Assembly (NCBI GenBank): GCA_030586555.1
Contig: JAURAC010000019.1
Location: forward strand, 6,534 to 69,150
Length of the DNA: 62,617 bases
From: Candidatus Subterrananammoxibius californiae
GTDB taxonomy: Bacteria > Planctomycetota > Brocadiia > Brocadiales > Subterrananammoxibiaceae
Direction: 5' to 3'
Of the stretch, positions 1 through 9,622 are shown piece after piece. Made by a program: the position numbers and the translations under genes. The notes beneath the pieces are model-generated. The model made no database searches. It was not told the DNA's origin and saw only the letters and a list, made by a program, of their open reading frames with translations. Each line of letters begins with the position of its first letter. The stretch's first letter is position 1.

Positions 1-2
1 AG

Positions 3-470
3 GCCATAGAGTTGGAAAGCAAAAAAACGAGGAGGATATTTATATGCCTCCATGCACCTCCTATTAACGTTGAGAATATACCTGCTATTCCACCTAATAG
101 TAATGAGGTATTTTTGGAAAAAGGACGGATTGATATAAGATACGGAACAATAAACCATTTCTTAAGCCAGTTTTTCCACCTTTGTCTGGGGCGCAAGGAA
201 AATAAACCGGGGGATTATGTACCTATTGTGGATATGGTCTTTTCTGGCCATGCCCATCAGAAGGTTGAATTCCGGATTGCTTGGAACCAACACCCGCTTA
301 TCTATTATGGTAAATATTCGAATACCATTACGGCAAGTAATTTTAATAATAAAAGACCTTTCATTGTCCAAACCGCTGCATGTGGTCCGTTAAATACCAA
401 TTATTCCAGTCCACCGTATTTTAGGACGGTTCATGTGGATAGGAACGGAGACGTTCTTAAGTTTGGATAG
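3..470 (+). CDS. Metallophosphoesterase (calcineurin-like), 5'-truncated by window edge
   Basis: Frame is open from the left edge; motifs ICLHAPP and DMVFSGHAH match the C-terminal HxP and GHxH motifs of calcineurin-like phosphoesterases. Confidence 0.6.
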   Translation, partial: AIELESKKTRRIFICLHAPPINVENIPAIPPNSNEVFLEKGRIDIRYGTINHFLSQFFHLCLGRKENKPGDYVPIVDMVFSGHAHQKVEFRIAWNQHPLIYYGKYSNTITASNFNNKRPFIVQTAACGPLNTNYSSPPYFRTVHVDRNGDVLKFG

Positions 471-725
471 AGTAAGAAATTTTAGGTATTATAACATTTT
501 GTCCATGCCATCCACTTTATCCACCCATGAGTCAATTCATCAGCCATGCTAAACCAACGAAACCTTATTTCACAATAAGCTTATTTCTTGTTTACTTCTG
601 GCATCATATTTGTTACCATAATCAAGTTACTTAATGTTGTCTTGCAACACCAGATTTGTGAGAAGAAGTGGTTGCAAGAGAAAAACAAGGAGGCATAAAC
701 CATCAATTCCCCAACGAAAAAGAAA

Positions 726-3700
726 TTGTGGAGTAGAAGACGTTTCTGGATAATCGTAGCCTGTGCGGTTACTTTTACCATCGTGACGCTCGCTGGCGGA
801 GCTTATATCTTCAGGCACCGCCTTCAAAGAAAAAGCCCATTTGAAAGGGGTGTAATCTATGCGAGGATGCATAGACACATGGAGGCGGTAGCCGAGTATA
901 AAAAGGCGATTGCCAATAATCCAGACAACTCTAACATCCATTATTATCTGGGACTTTCGTTCTTCAATCTCAACCAATACGAAGATGCGCTGACAGAGTT
1001 TAAAACTGCCATTAATATTAACCCTAACTTTTCTGAAGCAGCGCTTCAAATGGCGTTTGTTTATTTTACACTTGGGAATGAGGCAAAGAAGCAGGATACA
1101 GAATCTCCTCTCGTGCTCAAGCATTATGCGAAAGCAGAAGAGGTTTGCAATGAAATCATCCAGAAAGATGAGAAATGCGTAAAAGCTTATGAAATGCTGG
1201 GTTATATTAATATCGCAAGGGAAAGATATGATGATGCTACAAGCAATTTCAAGAAAGCCATAGAGATTGACGCAAAATCAATTTCCTCTCACGTTGCGCT
1301 TGTTAAACACTATATGAGCATTGGAAGAATTGATGAAGCCGAGGACCATTGTGTACAATTTCTTGAAAAGACCGCCCCCGAATGCAATGACATTCGCTTA
1401 ATCCTTTCAGGCATCCGTGAGCGGCAGGGTAGACGTGATGATGCCATTACCGAATTAAAAACAATCATAGAAAAAGAACCACGGAATTTAAATGCCCATA
1501 TTCAACTCGGAGTGCTATACCTCAATACCGGGAGATATGACGATGCTTCGGCAGAGGTTAAGAAAATCGAAGAGATAGATGCAAAGCTTTCTATCATTAA
1601 ATACATTACGGGCTGTATAAACTTGCAAAAAGGCGAATTGTCAAAGGCTATATCTAACTTGCGGGATGCTGCACTAAAGATACCTAAGGCGCCAGACCTT
1701 CACTACAATTTAGCCCTTGCTTTGAAAGGAAGCAATAGAATTGAAGAGGCGAAGACAGAGTTAAATACAGTAATAGAGTTAGCGCCCCAGTTTGTCCCTG
1801 CACGGGTAACGCTTGCAGAACTTCTAACAGAGAATGGTTGGTATGATGAATCTATCAGACATTGCGAAACAGCCCTTAAGTACGAACCTGAGAGTATAGA
1901 GGCAATGCAGTTGCTCGGCATGGCTTATACGGAGCAAAAAAGGTATTATGATGCCGAGCAGCAATTCAATAAAATCCTTGAAATAGAACCAACCATTGGC
2001 ATTAAAAATATGGCTTATCTCAGTCTGGCAAAAGGGGAGTTGAGTAAATGTATAAAGCAATGTGGCGAGGCAATTGAAATTGACCCAAAGGACGCCAGAC
2101 TACATTATATACTTGCCGAAGCCTACAATCGTAAAGGCAATGTTAAGGATGCCTTAAAGGAGCTTGAGGAGGCGCTAAGAATTAATCCGTCATACTCAGC
2201 GGCTCAGCTTACCCTTGCACAAATACAATCTGCGCTTGATAATGAGGATGATGCAATAAAAGTATTTACTGATGTAATTTCTACTAAGCCAGATAGCCTG
2301 ACTCCGCGCATACAACTTGCAAATCTGTATAGAAAAAGAAACGAAGATGATAAAGCTATCAAGGAGCTTCAAAAGGCGCTGGAGATTGACCCGAACTATT
2401 ACCCTGCCTATATGCTTGCCGATATTTACTTTATGCAGGGAAGGATTAGCGAATCTATAGATTTATATCGAAAGGCATGTAATCTTTCCAACAAAAATCT
2501 TACATCACTTATTAATCTTGCCATTGCCTACCAGAAAAAGGGTGATTATAATGCTGCCTTTGATGCCTGCAAGCAGGCTAATAGTCTTTCCGCCTCAGGC
2601 GGACAAAACACTGTTTTGTGTTACACAGTCTTGACTAATTTGCACATCTCACAGGGTACCTATACAGAGGCAATAACGAATATTAATGACGCACATGAGT
2701 TGGCAGATGACCAGAAGGCATTGTTACTCAGGTATATAGATGCTTGTAAGTCTAATGAAGACAGTGGTAAAGAGGCAGCTATGAGCCTTAATCATGCAAT
2801 TCTTTGTGGTAATAGCGGCATGTATGACATGGCAATTGCGAAATGTAAAGAAACAGCCGCAAGTCTTAGTCCGTCCCAAGAAATCATGGCACGCTGGATT
2901 ATGGCAAATCTTTATCTTTCGTCTGGTCAATTAGCTGATGCGGCCGAGACGTATAATGAAATAATAAAAACAGAACCCGAATCGGCTTCTCTTTACACGG
3001 AACTTGGGGATGTTTATCTTTTGTTGAAAAAGGCACATGATGCAAAAGAAGCGTATCAAAAGGCTGTAAACATTAATGATAAGGCAACGGGAGCGCTCCT
3101 TGCATTATCAAATCTTTACAAGCAAGAAGGTTTGTATAGTGATGCGATTAAAATGTCAGAACAGGTGCTATCTTATGACACATCCGCCTCAGGCGGATTA
3201 ACCGCCAGTGGTGTATTAGCTGAATGCTATCTTTCTACGGGAAGATATGAAGATGCAGAAGGTTATCTCAAAGAGATGCTTAAATTAGACCCTTCATCCT
3301 ATCAAGCGCATCTTGCCCTGGCAAGGGTTAAGTTTGCAATGGGACAATTTGATGAATGCATTGAGGAATGTAGGATATGTCTGCAATGGCATCCTGAAGA
3401 TGTGCAACTACATAATTTGTTGGGACTTGCCTATGCCAGAAAAGGAGATGTTAAGGCGGCATTGGCGGAGTTTAATAAGATTATAGATATAGACGACAAT
3501 TTTGCTCCTGCCTATATAGAATTGGGCAATCTCAACCTTTTTGCAAGAAAACCCAATGTCGCATCAGAATTATATAAGAAGGCATTAAGCATAAATCCTG
3601 AGGCAACTATCGCCTACTACGGTCTTGGAAATGCATACGCCTGGATGGGACTTTATAGTCAGGCAATTGAAACTTTTAACACTATTTTAAAAGACCATCC

Positions 3701-5078
3701 GAGGGATGTAAACTCATACATTTCTCTGGCAGAAACCTATTTAATGGCGGATGATCCGCCTCAGGCGGATAAAGCATTGGAAACCGTTAAAAAGGCGCTT
3801 GATATTGCGCCAAAAAATGCATTAGCCTATAGCCTTCTTGCCAGGATATACAAAAAAGAAGGGTCTATGGATAAAACAATTGAGGCGCTTGAACGGGTAT
3901 TGGAATACGAACCCAAATCTTTAATTGGATATGAAGCAGGCGTCATTTATATTGACCAGGGGAAATTTGACGATGCAATAGCTGTATATAAAAAGGCTGT
4001 CGAAAACCATCCAGAACAAGCGACGATGCACTTCCACCTGGCGGTTGCCCATCAATCGAAGGGCGACTACATGCAGGCAATCGCCTCCTGCAAGAAGGCT
4101 ATTGGGCTTGAGCCTAACAACGTATCCCTTTTGTTGGGCATGGTAAATATACTTATGGCTAAAGGTGCCTATGCCCCGGCAAAGGCAAGGATAAATTTTT
4201 TGAAGAATATCCCACAGGATACAAAGGATAGTTACCTTAAATTTATTGATTTCTGCAGGCAAAACCAGTCTGCTGGTATAGCATTATCGAATCATTTGAA
4301 CAGGGGGCTAATTTACAGTATTGATGGATGGCATGAACGTGCAATAAGTTCGTACGAAGAAGCACAAAAAATTGGTCCTGAAGGCCCTTTTGTACTGTAC
4401 ACTATTGCAGGCGTACAGCTTGCATCGGGCCGTGAAAAAGAGGCTGCGGATAGTTATGCACGTGCGCTTGAGAAAAATCCCAAATGCTTTTTTGCGCATC
4501 TCATGCTCGCTCAAATATTGCAGAACACAAAGAAATATGACGAGGCAATGGAGCATTACCAGCATGCCGTCTTAGCTAATCCAGAATCCTACGAGGCACA
4601 CCTTAATCTTGGTATGTTGCTTGAAATGAAAGGTGTGATAGAAAAAAGTGTAGAGGAATATAATACCGCTATTTCTTTGTCTCCCTCAAATCCCACGCCT
4701 TATAATAATCTCGCTTGGATTTACGCTACCCACACCGACTTGCCCGAGTCAGTTCAAAAATTGGACGAAGCGCTTAAACTGGCAAGGAAAGCTCAAGACC
4801 TATCGCCTGATTATGCACCTATCAGAGATACATTAGGCTGGATTTATCATCTAAAAGGTATGGATGATGAGGCTGTATCTGAGTTAGAAAAGGCAGTTAG
4901 CCTTGCCCCAAATAATCCCACTATCCGTTATCATCTGGCAGCCGCCTATCAGAAAAAAGGTTTTAAAAGAAGGGCTTTAGTACAATTAGAAAAAGCTATT
5001 CAGATTAACGAGCACTTTCCTGAAGCAGACCTTGCACGAAAGGCTATTAATGTAATTAAAAGTGGTAAAAGCCTCTAA
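726..5078 (+). CDS. Giant membrane-anchored TPR-repeat protein (PrsT-like architecture); true start possibly ATC at 702
   Basis: 1450-aa ORF with a basic N-terminus, one hydrophobic helix and about 30 TPR units; C-terminal NNLAW...DTLGWIY...RYHLA pattern is typical of PrsT-like TPR proteins. Confidence 0.85.
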   Translation: MWSRRRFWIIVACAVTFTIVTLAGGAYIFRHRLQRKSPFERGVIYARMHRHMEAVAEYKKAIANNPDNSNIHYYLGLSFFNLNQYEDALTEFKTAININPNFSEAALQMAFVYFTLGNEAKKQDTESPLVLKHYAKAEEVCNEIIQKDEKCVKAYEMLGYINIARERYDDATSNFKKAIEIDAKSISSHVALVKHYMSIGRIDEAEDHCVQFLEKTAPECNDIRLILSGIRERQGRRDDAITELKTIIEKEPRNLNAHIQLGVLYLNTGRYDDASAEVKKIEEIDAKLSIIKYITGCINLQKGELSKAISNLRDAALKIPKAPDLHYNLALALKGSNRIEEAKTELNTVIELAPQFVPARVTLAELLTENGWYDESIRHCETALKYEPESIEAMQLLGMAYTEQKRYYDAEQQFNKILEIEPTIGIKNMAYLSLAKGELSKCIKQCGEAIEIDPKDARLHYILAEAYNRKGNVKDALKELEEALRINPSYSAAQLTLAQIQSALDNEDDAIKVFTDVISTKPDSLTPRIQLANLYRKRNEDDKAIKELQKALEIDPNYYPAYMLADIYFMQGRISESIDLYRKACNLSNKNLTSLINLAIAYQKKGDYNAAFDACKQANSLSASGGQNTVLCYTVLTNLHISQGTYTEAITNINDAHELADDQKALLLRYIDACKSNEDSGKEAAMSLNHAILCGNSGMYDMAIAKCKETAASLSPSQEIMARWIMANLYLSSGQLADAAETYNEIIKTEPESASLYTELGDVYLLLKKAHDAKEAYQKAVNINDKATGALLALSNLYKQEGLYSDAIKMSEQVLSYDTSASGGLTASGVLAECYLSTGRYEDAEGYLKEMLKLDPSSYQAHLALARVKFAMGQFDECIEECRICLQWHPEDVQLHNLLGLAYARKGDVKAALAEFNKIIDIDDNFAPAYIELGNLNLFARKPNVASELYKKALSINPEATIAYYGLGNAYAWMGLYSQAIETFNTILKDHPRDVNSYISLAETYLMADDPPQADKALETVKKALDIAPKNALAYSLLARIYKKEGSMDKTIEALERVLEYEPKSLIGYEAGVIYIDQGKFDDAIAVYKKAVENHPEQATMHFHLAVAHQSKGDYMQAIASCKKAIGLEPNNVSLLLGMVNILMAKGAYAPAKARINFLKNIPQDTKDSYLKFIDFCRQNQSAGIALSNHLNRGLIYSIDGWHERAISSYEEAQKIGPEGPFVLYTIAGVQLASGREKEAADSYARALEKNPKCFFAHLMLAQILQNTKKYDEAMEHYQHAVLANPESYEAHLNLGMLLEMKGVIEKSVEEYNTAISLSPSNPTPYNNLAWIYATHTDLPESVQKLDEALKLARKAQDLSPDYAPIRDTLGWIYHLKGMDDEAVSELEKAVSLAPNNPTIRYHLAAAYQKKGFKRRALVQLEKAIQINEHFPEADLARKAINVIKSGKSL
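2589..2603. repeat. Palindromic repeat family A (TCCGCCTCAGGCGGA), in frame in TPR gene
   Basis: Exact copies also at 3182-3198 and 3754-3770, reverse complement at 38788-38804, variants at 40722-40756, 47463-47489 and 47868-47897. Confidence 0.8.
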
Positions 5079-5110
5079 GTAAAAGATAAGTTATCTCGCT
5101 TAAAAAAGAC

Positions 5111-5139
5111 TTGCATAGGCTATCCCTTTGTGGTAAAAT
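5111..5139 (+). promoter_or_regulatory. Putative sigma70 promoter of the multiheme cytochrome
   Basis: TTGCAT-N17-TAAAAT with TGn extension; GGAGGAGG RBS upstream of ATG 5236. Confidence 0.5.
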
Positions 5140-5235
5140 TTTTTTGCTTTAAAATGACAAGTAAGAGTTACGAATTAATCTGTCCCGCCCACCTAAGGGG
5201 GGTGGGCTTTGCGTAGGGAGGAGGTTTCCGAGCAA

Positions 5236-6387
5236 ATGAACATTGTAAAAGTTGGCATTTTCAGTATCTTTGGCTTGCTTGCGGGCTGTATAGTGCTTTT
5301 TATTGGAGGAAGGTACTACTATCAAACTACTAAGCTTGACTATTGTGTACGATGCCATGAGATGTCCATGCAGTACGAATCTTTTAAGACATCTTTTCAT
5401 TATAATGAAGTTGTTAAGAATTGCCAGTCATGTCACATTGGAAAGGGTGTTATTGCCTTCGTTCGTGATAAAGCAACAAGAGACCCCAAGGACTGGCTGG
5501 AGCATCTTAAGGGAAGTTACGCAAACGGTGAATTTATAGATATCTCTGAAAAGAGTCTTGAGATTGTAAACGAAAGCTGTATCGAGTGCCATTCCGAAGG
5601 TTATACAAAGGATGCTACACATCTTGACATGATTTCAATGGCACGCAAGAAGGTTAATGAAGGCGTCTTTGCAGGCTTCTTATGTACCGATTGTCATCTT
5701 GGGTTAGTGCATCCACACATGCAGGCGGATTTGTTTAAGGCATACGCTGAAAAGCGTGTAAAGCCATTTGGCACATACTCTGATGCCGAGTGCCTCGGTT
5801 GCCACAAGTTAAGCACACCTGCCGTTGTAAAGGACTGGACAAAGGGCGAGCATGCAAGACAAGGGACCACCTGCGTAAGCTGTCATGGTAATGACCATCG
5901 TATAATAACAAAAAGAGAGGGCATAGTGTCCGCATCCACTTGCGCCACCTGCCATGAAAAGCAATTCAATGAATTCGTAGCAAGTAAACATTCGCAGGGC
6001 ACGGTTGTAGCTACTATGGGAAATGAACCCATATCCACTAAAGCCTTAGAGCAAAAAGAATGCAAGGAATGCCATCAACTTGCTGCAAGGCTTGAGTGGG
6101 ATAGCGTTGGCGGTACTTGTAACCCCTGTCATACAAATCATATCTTCTCTACAATAGAATCTATGGAATCTCAAGCCTGCGAAAAGTGTCACATAGGAGG
6201 TACTGAACATGCACGACTTGATATACAGGAGCCGTCAAACCACTGGTTATTCTATCAACTGCTAAGAAGCCAAAGCGGTGAGAAACTAAGTTGCCAAGCA
6301 TGTCACAGACTTGAGAAAACCCACGATTTTTGCCAATTAAAGCTACCAGAAGGGGTAAAATTACCCCGTATTTCGATGGCTAAATAA
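5236..6387 (+). CDS. Membrane-anchored 11-heme cytochrome c: NapC/NirT/NrfH-type tetraheme domain fused to an HAO-family-like multiheme domain
   Basis: N-terminal TM helix and 11 CxxCH motifs (CVRCH, CQSCH, CIECH, CTDCH, CLGCH, CVSCH, CATCH, CKECH, CNPCH, CEKCH, CQACH); the first is CxxCHxM. ATG 5236 follows a strong RBS. Confidence 0.85.
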   Translation: MNIVKVGIFSIFGLLAGCIVLFIGGRYYYQTTKLDYCVRCHEMSMQYESFKTSFHYNEVVKNCQSCHIGKGVIAFVRDKATRDPKDWLEHLKGSYANGEFIDISEKSLEIVNESCIECHSEGYTKDATHLDMISMARKKVNEGVFAGFLCTDCHLGLVHPHMQADLFKAYAEKRVKPFGTYSDAECLGCHKLSTPAVVKDWTKGEHARQGTTCVSCHGNDHRIITKREGIVSASTCATCHEKQFNEFVASKHSQGTVVATMGNEPISTKALEQKECKECHQLAARLEWDSVGGTCNPCHTNHIFSTIESMESQACEKCHIGGTEHARLDIQEPSNHWLFYQLLRSQSGEKLSCQACHRLEKTHDFCQLKLPEGVKLPRISMAK

Positions 6388-6452
6388 GAAGGGAATAGCA
6401 ATGTGTCTGTATCAGTAACTGACACTAATCACTGACACTGATACTAATAACA

Positions 6453-8378
6453 ATGGGAAAAAATATCGTTCAAAAAATATTAGGAACGCATCTCGTCACC
6501 GGCAAATTAAAAGTTGGCGAAGAGATAGGTATTTCCATAGATCAAACCCTCACCCAGGATGCAACTGGAACTATGGCTTACCTCCAGTTTGAGGCTATGG
6601 AGATTCCTCATGTAAAGACAAAACTTTCCATTAGCTATGTTGACCATAATACACTACAGACAGGCTTTGAAAGTATGGATGACCACCTCTATCTCCAGAC
6701 GGTGGCTGCAAAATATGGCATTTATTTTTCAAGACCAGGAAATGGAATATGTCATCAGGTACACTTAGAACGTTTCAGCGCCCCAGGGGAAGTGCTTTTA
6801 GGTTCAGATAGCCATACTACGACCAGCGGTGGTGTTGGTATGTTAACTATCGGGGCAGGGGGACTTGATGTTGCGGTGGCAATGGCGGGGGGTCCGTTTT
6901 ATTTAACCATGCCAAAGGTTGTCCTTGTGAAACTTAAAGGTAGTCTGAAACCCTGGGTTACTGCAAAGGATGTTATCCTTGAGATGCTTCGCAGATTAAC
7001 GGTTAGAGGAGGCATTGGCAAAATCTTTGAATACGGTGGAGACGGTGTTGAAAACCTTACGGTATATGAGCGTGCTACGATTACAAACATGGGTGCTGAA
7101 CTTGGCGCTACGACATCCATATTCCCGAGCGATAGACAGACCCGTAAGTTCCTGAAAATGCAGGGCAGGGAAAATGTATGGAAAAGGGTGAAGGCTGATA
7201 AAACCGCTGAGTATGATGAGGAAATGGAGATTGACCTTGCGGAACTTGAGCCACTGGTAGCTAAACCACGCAGCCCAGACAACGTTTGCAAGGTGAAAGA
7301 AATTGCAGGACTCAAGGTTGACCAGGTTTGTATCGGAAGCTGCACGAATTCGTCATACCATGACCTTATGACTGCAGCGACCATTCTTAAAGGCAAATCT
7401 GTTCCTTCGCATCTAAGTTTGACCATTTCACCTGGCTCTAAACAAGTTTATGAACAAGTTGCTAAAAGTAGTGGCGTGACATCACTCATCTTAGCCGGGG
7501 CAAGGATGCTTGAATCGGCATGTGGACCTTGTATCGGGATGGGACAGGCACCTGGTACAGGAACTGTTTCTGTACGCGGCTTTAATAGAAACTTCGATGG
7601 CAGGAGTGGTACTAAGGGGGATACTGTCTATCTCGTTAGCCCCGAGACAGCCGCTGTAACGGCTCTCAAAGGCGTTCTTACAGACCCAAGAGACCTCGGC
7701 GACCCTCCAAAAATCCCAATACTTAAGAAAATTGAGATTAATGATAATATGATACTTCCTCCATCGCCAAACCCAGAAAACGTCCAGGTTGTTCGAGGAC
7801 CAAACATAAAAGAATTGCCAAAAAGAGGACCACTTCCCGAAGCCTTGTCAGACGAGGTATTAATAAAGGTAGGTGATAATATCTCAACAGACCATATTAT
7901 GCCTGCCGGTGCAAAGCTGCTTACCTTGCGGTCTAACATTCCCGCTATTTCAGAATACGTTTTTGTAAATGTAGACCCCGGTTTTGTTAAGCGAGCCAAG
8001 GAAAAGGGTGGAGGCATTCTCGTCGGTGGCAAGAACTATGGCCAGGGCTCAAGCCGTGAACATGCTGCCCTTGCGCCCATGTATCTTGGTGTAAAGGCTG
8101 TTATTGCAAAATCATTTGCACGCATTCACAGGGCAAATCTCATCAATTTTGGCATACTGCCTCTTACCCTTAAAAACGAAAGTGATTATGATGTAATAGC
8201 TCAGGGGGATTTTATTGAAATACCTGACATTAAAAAGTCTGTAACAACCTCTGACACCGTTGAAATTAAAAACACAACAAAGAACAAGCAAATAAGCACA
8301 ACCCACGACCTCACATCGAGACAGGCGCAAATATTACTTGCCGGTGGTTTACTGAATTATACGAAAACCTTGCCCTGA
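6453..8378 (+). CDS. Aconitate hydratase (Aquifex-type, about 640 aa)
   Basis: Motifs QDATGT, GICHQVH, DSHT, IGSCTN, ACGPCIG, ISTDHI and NYGQGSSREHA. Confidence 0.9.
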   Translation: MGKNIVQKILGTHLVTGKLKVGEEIGISIDQTLTQDATGTMAYLQFEAMEIPHVKTKLSISYVDHNTLQTGFESMDDHLYLQTVAAKYGIYFSRPGNGICHQVHLERFSAPGEVLLGSDSHTTTSGGVGMLTIGAGGLDVAVAMAGGPFYLTMPKVVLVKLKGSLKPWVTAKDVILEMLRRLTVRGGIGKIFEYGGDGVENLTVYERATITNMGAELGATTSIFPSDRQTRKFLKMQGRENVWKRVKADKTAEYDEEMEIDLAELEPLVAKPRSPDNVCKVKEIAGLKVDQVCIGSCTNSSYHDLMTAATILKGKSVPSHLSLTISPGSKQVYEQVAKSSGVTSLILAGARMLESACGPCIGMGQAPGTGTVSVRGFNRNFDGRSGTKGDTVYLVSPETAAVTALKGVLTDPRDLGDPPKIPILKKIEINDNMILPPSPNPENVQVVRGPNIKELPKRGPLPEALSDEVLIKVGDNISTDHIMPAGAKLLTLRSNIPAISEYVFVNVDPGFVKRAKEKGGGILVGGKNYGQGSSREHAALAPMYLGVKAVIAKSFARIHRANLINFGILPLTLKNESDYDVIAQGDFIEIPDIKKSVTTSDTVEIKNTTKNKQISTTHDLTSRQAQILLAGGLLNYTKTLP

Positions 8379-8547
8379 GTTTATCGAAGGGCTTGCCTTT
8401 TATTTAAAAACCTTATTTTGCAACAGGCTTACGGAATGATTTTTTCTTGACTTCTGTACAACAGATGTTAATAATAATAAGTAGTTTGCCAATGTGGGCA
8501 ATGTAATTTTAGCAAGGTCATGTTCAACCTGAGAAGGGAGAAGGATT

Positions 8548-8925
8548 ATGTTGAAGAAGGTAAGGTTAGTTGTGCTTGGCGGATTATTAGTTGGGTTATT
8601 GTGTTATGTTTGCGTTGGAATAAATACTACACCGGCGCTTGCAGGTTCATGTTGTGCAAGTAAAGCGAATGCAGCACCAGTTGCGCCGTGCGACTTTACA
8701 AAGGAACTTGGGTTAACCCCGGAGCAGCAGGCAAAGATTGAAAAGCTAAAGGCAGAGTGTGAAAAGAATGGCAATAAGTGCAACCCGGAATGCCTTCAAA
8801 AGGTTAAGGAAATATTAACCAAGGAACAGGGAGAAAAATTAGACGTACTGATAGCTAAAATGAAAGGCGGATGCGGCGCTGGTGCCCCAGCTTGTAAAGC
8901 AGAAGGTGCTCCACAAGCAAAGTAA
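8548..8925 (+). CDS. Small secreted Cys-rich protein with LTxxQ (Spy/CpxP-like) motif, copy 1
   Basis: Signal peptide ending ALA, ELGLTPEQQAKI motif, several Cys; RBS upstream. Confidence 0.7.
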   Translation: MLKKVRLVVLGGLLVGLLCYVCVGINTTPALAGSCCASKANAAPVAPCDFTKELGLTPEQQAKIEKLKAECEKNGNKCNPECLQKVKEILTKEQGEKLDVLIAKMKGGCGAGAPACKAEGAPQAK

Positions 8926-8986
8926 ACATACCTTTTTGAAATAAGGTATGTTGTTTTTATTCTTGGTCGGAGAAGGAAAGAAGGTT

Positions 8987-9424
8987 ATGTTGAAGAAGGT
9001 AAGGTTAGTTGTCGGTTGCCTTTTAGGCAGCATTTTAATGGCTGGGGTTTTATGTTATGCTTGTATTGGAATACATTCTACCCCTCTGCTTGCAAGTGAA
9101 GAAAGCCAGGACACTTCGTCTTGTAAACTATATGTGGGACGACTGCCTGTATATGCAGGTGATGTGTGTAAGAAGTGTTCAGACTCATGTTGTACAAGCG
9201 AAAAGAGCGCAGGTTGTGGCTTTACAGAGGGGCTCAAGTTAACCCCAGAACAACAGGCACAGATTGAAAAGCTAAAGACAGAGCTTGAAAAGAAGGGCGA
9301 GAAATGCATTACTGCAGAGTCCATTCAGAAGGTAAAAGATGTATTAACCAAGGAAGAGGGCGAAGAATTAGATGCAATCGTAGCTAAAATGAAAAACAGA
9401 TGCAGTACTCGAGCCTGCAAATAA
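8987..9424 (+). CDS. Small secreted Cys-rich LTxxQ protein, tandem paralog copy 2
   Basis: Same MLKKVRLVV start and LTPEQQAQIEKLK core as copy 1; start set at ATG 8987 by homology. Confidence 0.7.
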   Translation: MLKKVRLVVGCLLGSILMAGVLCYACIGIHSTPLLASEESQDTSSCKLYVGRLPVYAGDVCKKCSDSCCTSEKSAGCGFTEGLKLTPEQQAQIEKLKTELEKKGEKCITAESIQKVKDVLTKEEGEELDAIVAKMKNRCSTRACK

Positions 9425-9485
9425 GAGGGCGCTCCACAAGCAAAGTAAAAGCCGTTCTTAATTTAAAAACTAAATACAAATTACT

Positions 9486-9519
9486 AAAATACCCTCGTTT
9501 CGACGAGGGTATTTTTTTT
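9486..9519 (+). terminator. Rho-independent terminator (probably bidirectional)
   Basis: AAAATACCCTCGT-TTCG-ACGAGGGTATTTT perfect stem followed by a T-tract. Confidence 0.85.
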
Positions 9520-9542
9520 AATGGAATTTATACATCTTTTTC

Positions 9543-9571
9543 TTGTAAACTTTCTTTGACTTGATTATAAT
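9543..9571 (+). promoter_or_regulatory. Putative sigma70 promoter of thrC
   Basis: TTGTAA-N17-TATAAT about 50 nt upstream of the ATG. Confidence 0.45.
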
Positions 9572-9622
9572 TACACCTTCAAGGGGGCATAAGGTAGTCA
9601 ACAACGTTTTTGAGGAAAAGGA

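Noticed and set aside
627..1124. 165-aa and other antisense ORFs within large genes
   Set aside because: They overlap well-supported CDSs on the opposite strand and have no motifs.
8447..8477. MerR-type operator (TCTGT-ACA-ACAGA) in the promoter of the Cys-rich genes
   Set aside because: Arms are only 5 bp and the -10 placement for a 19-bp spacer is poor.
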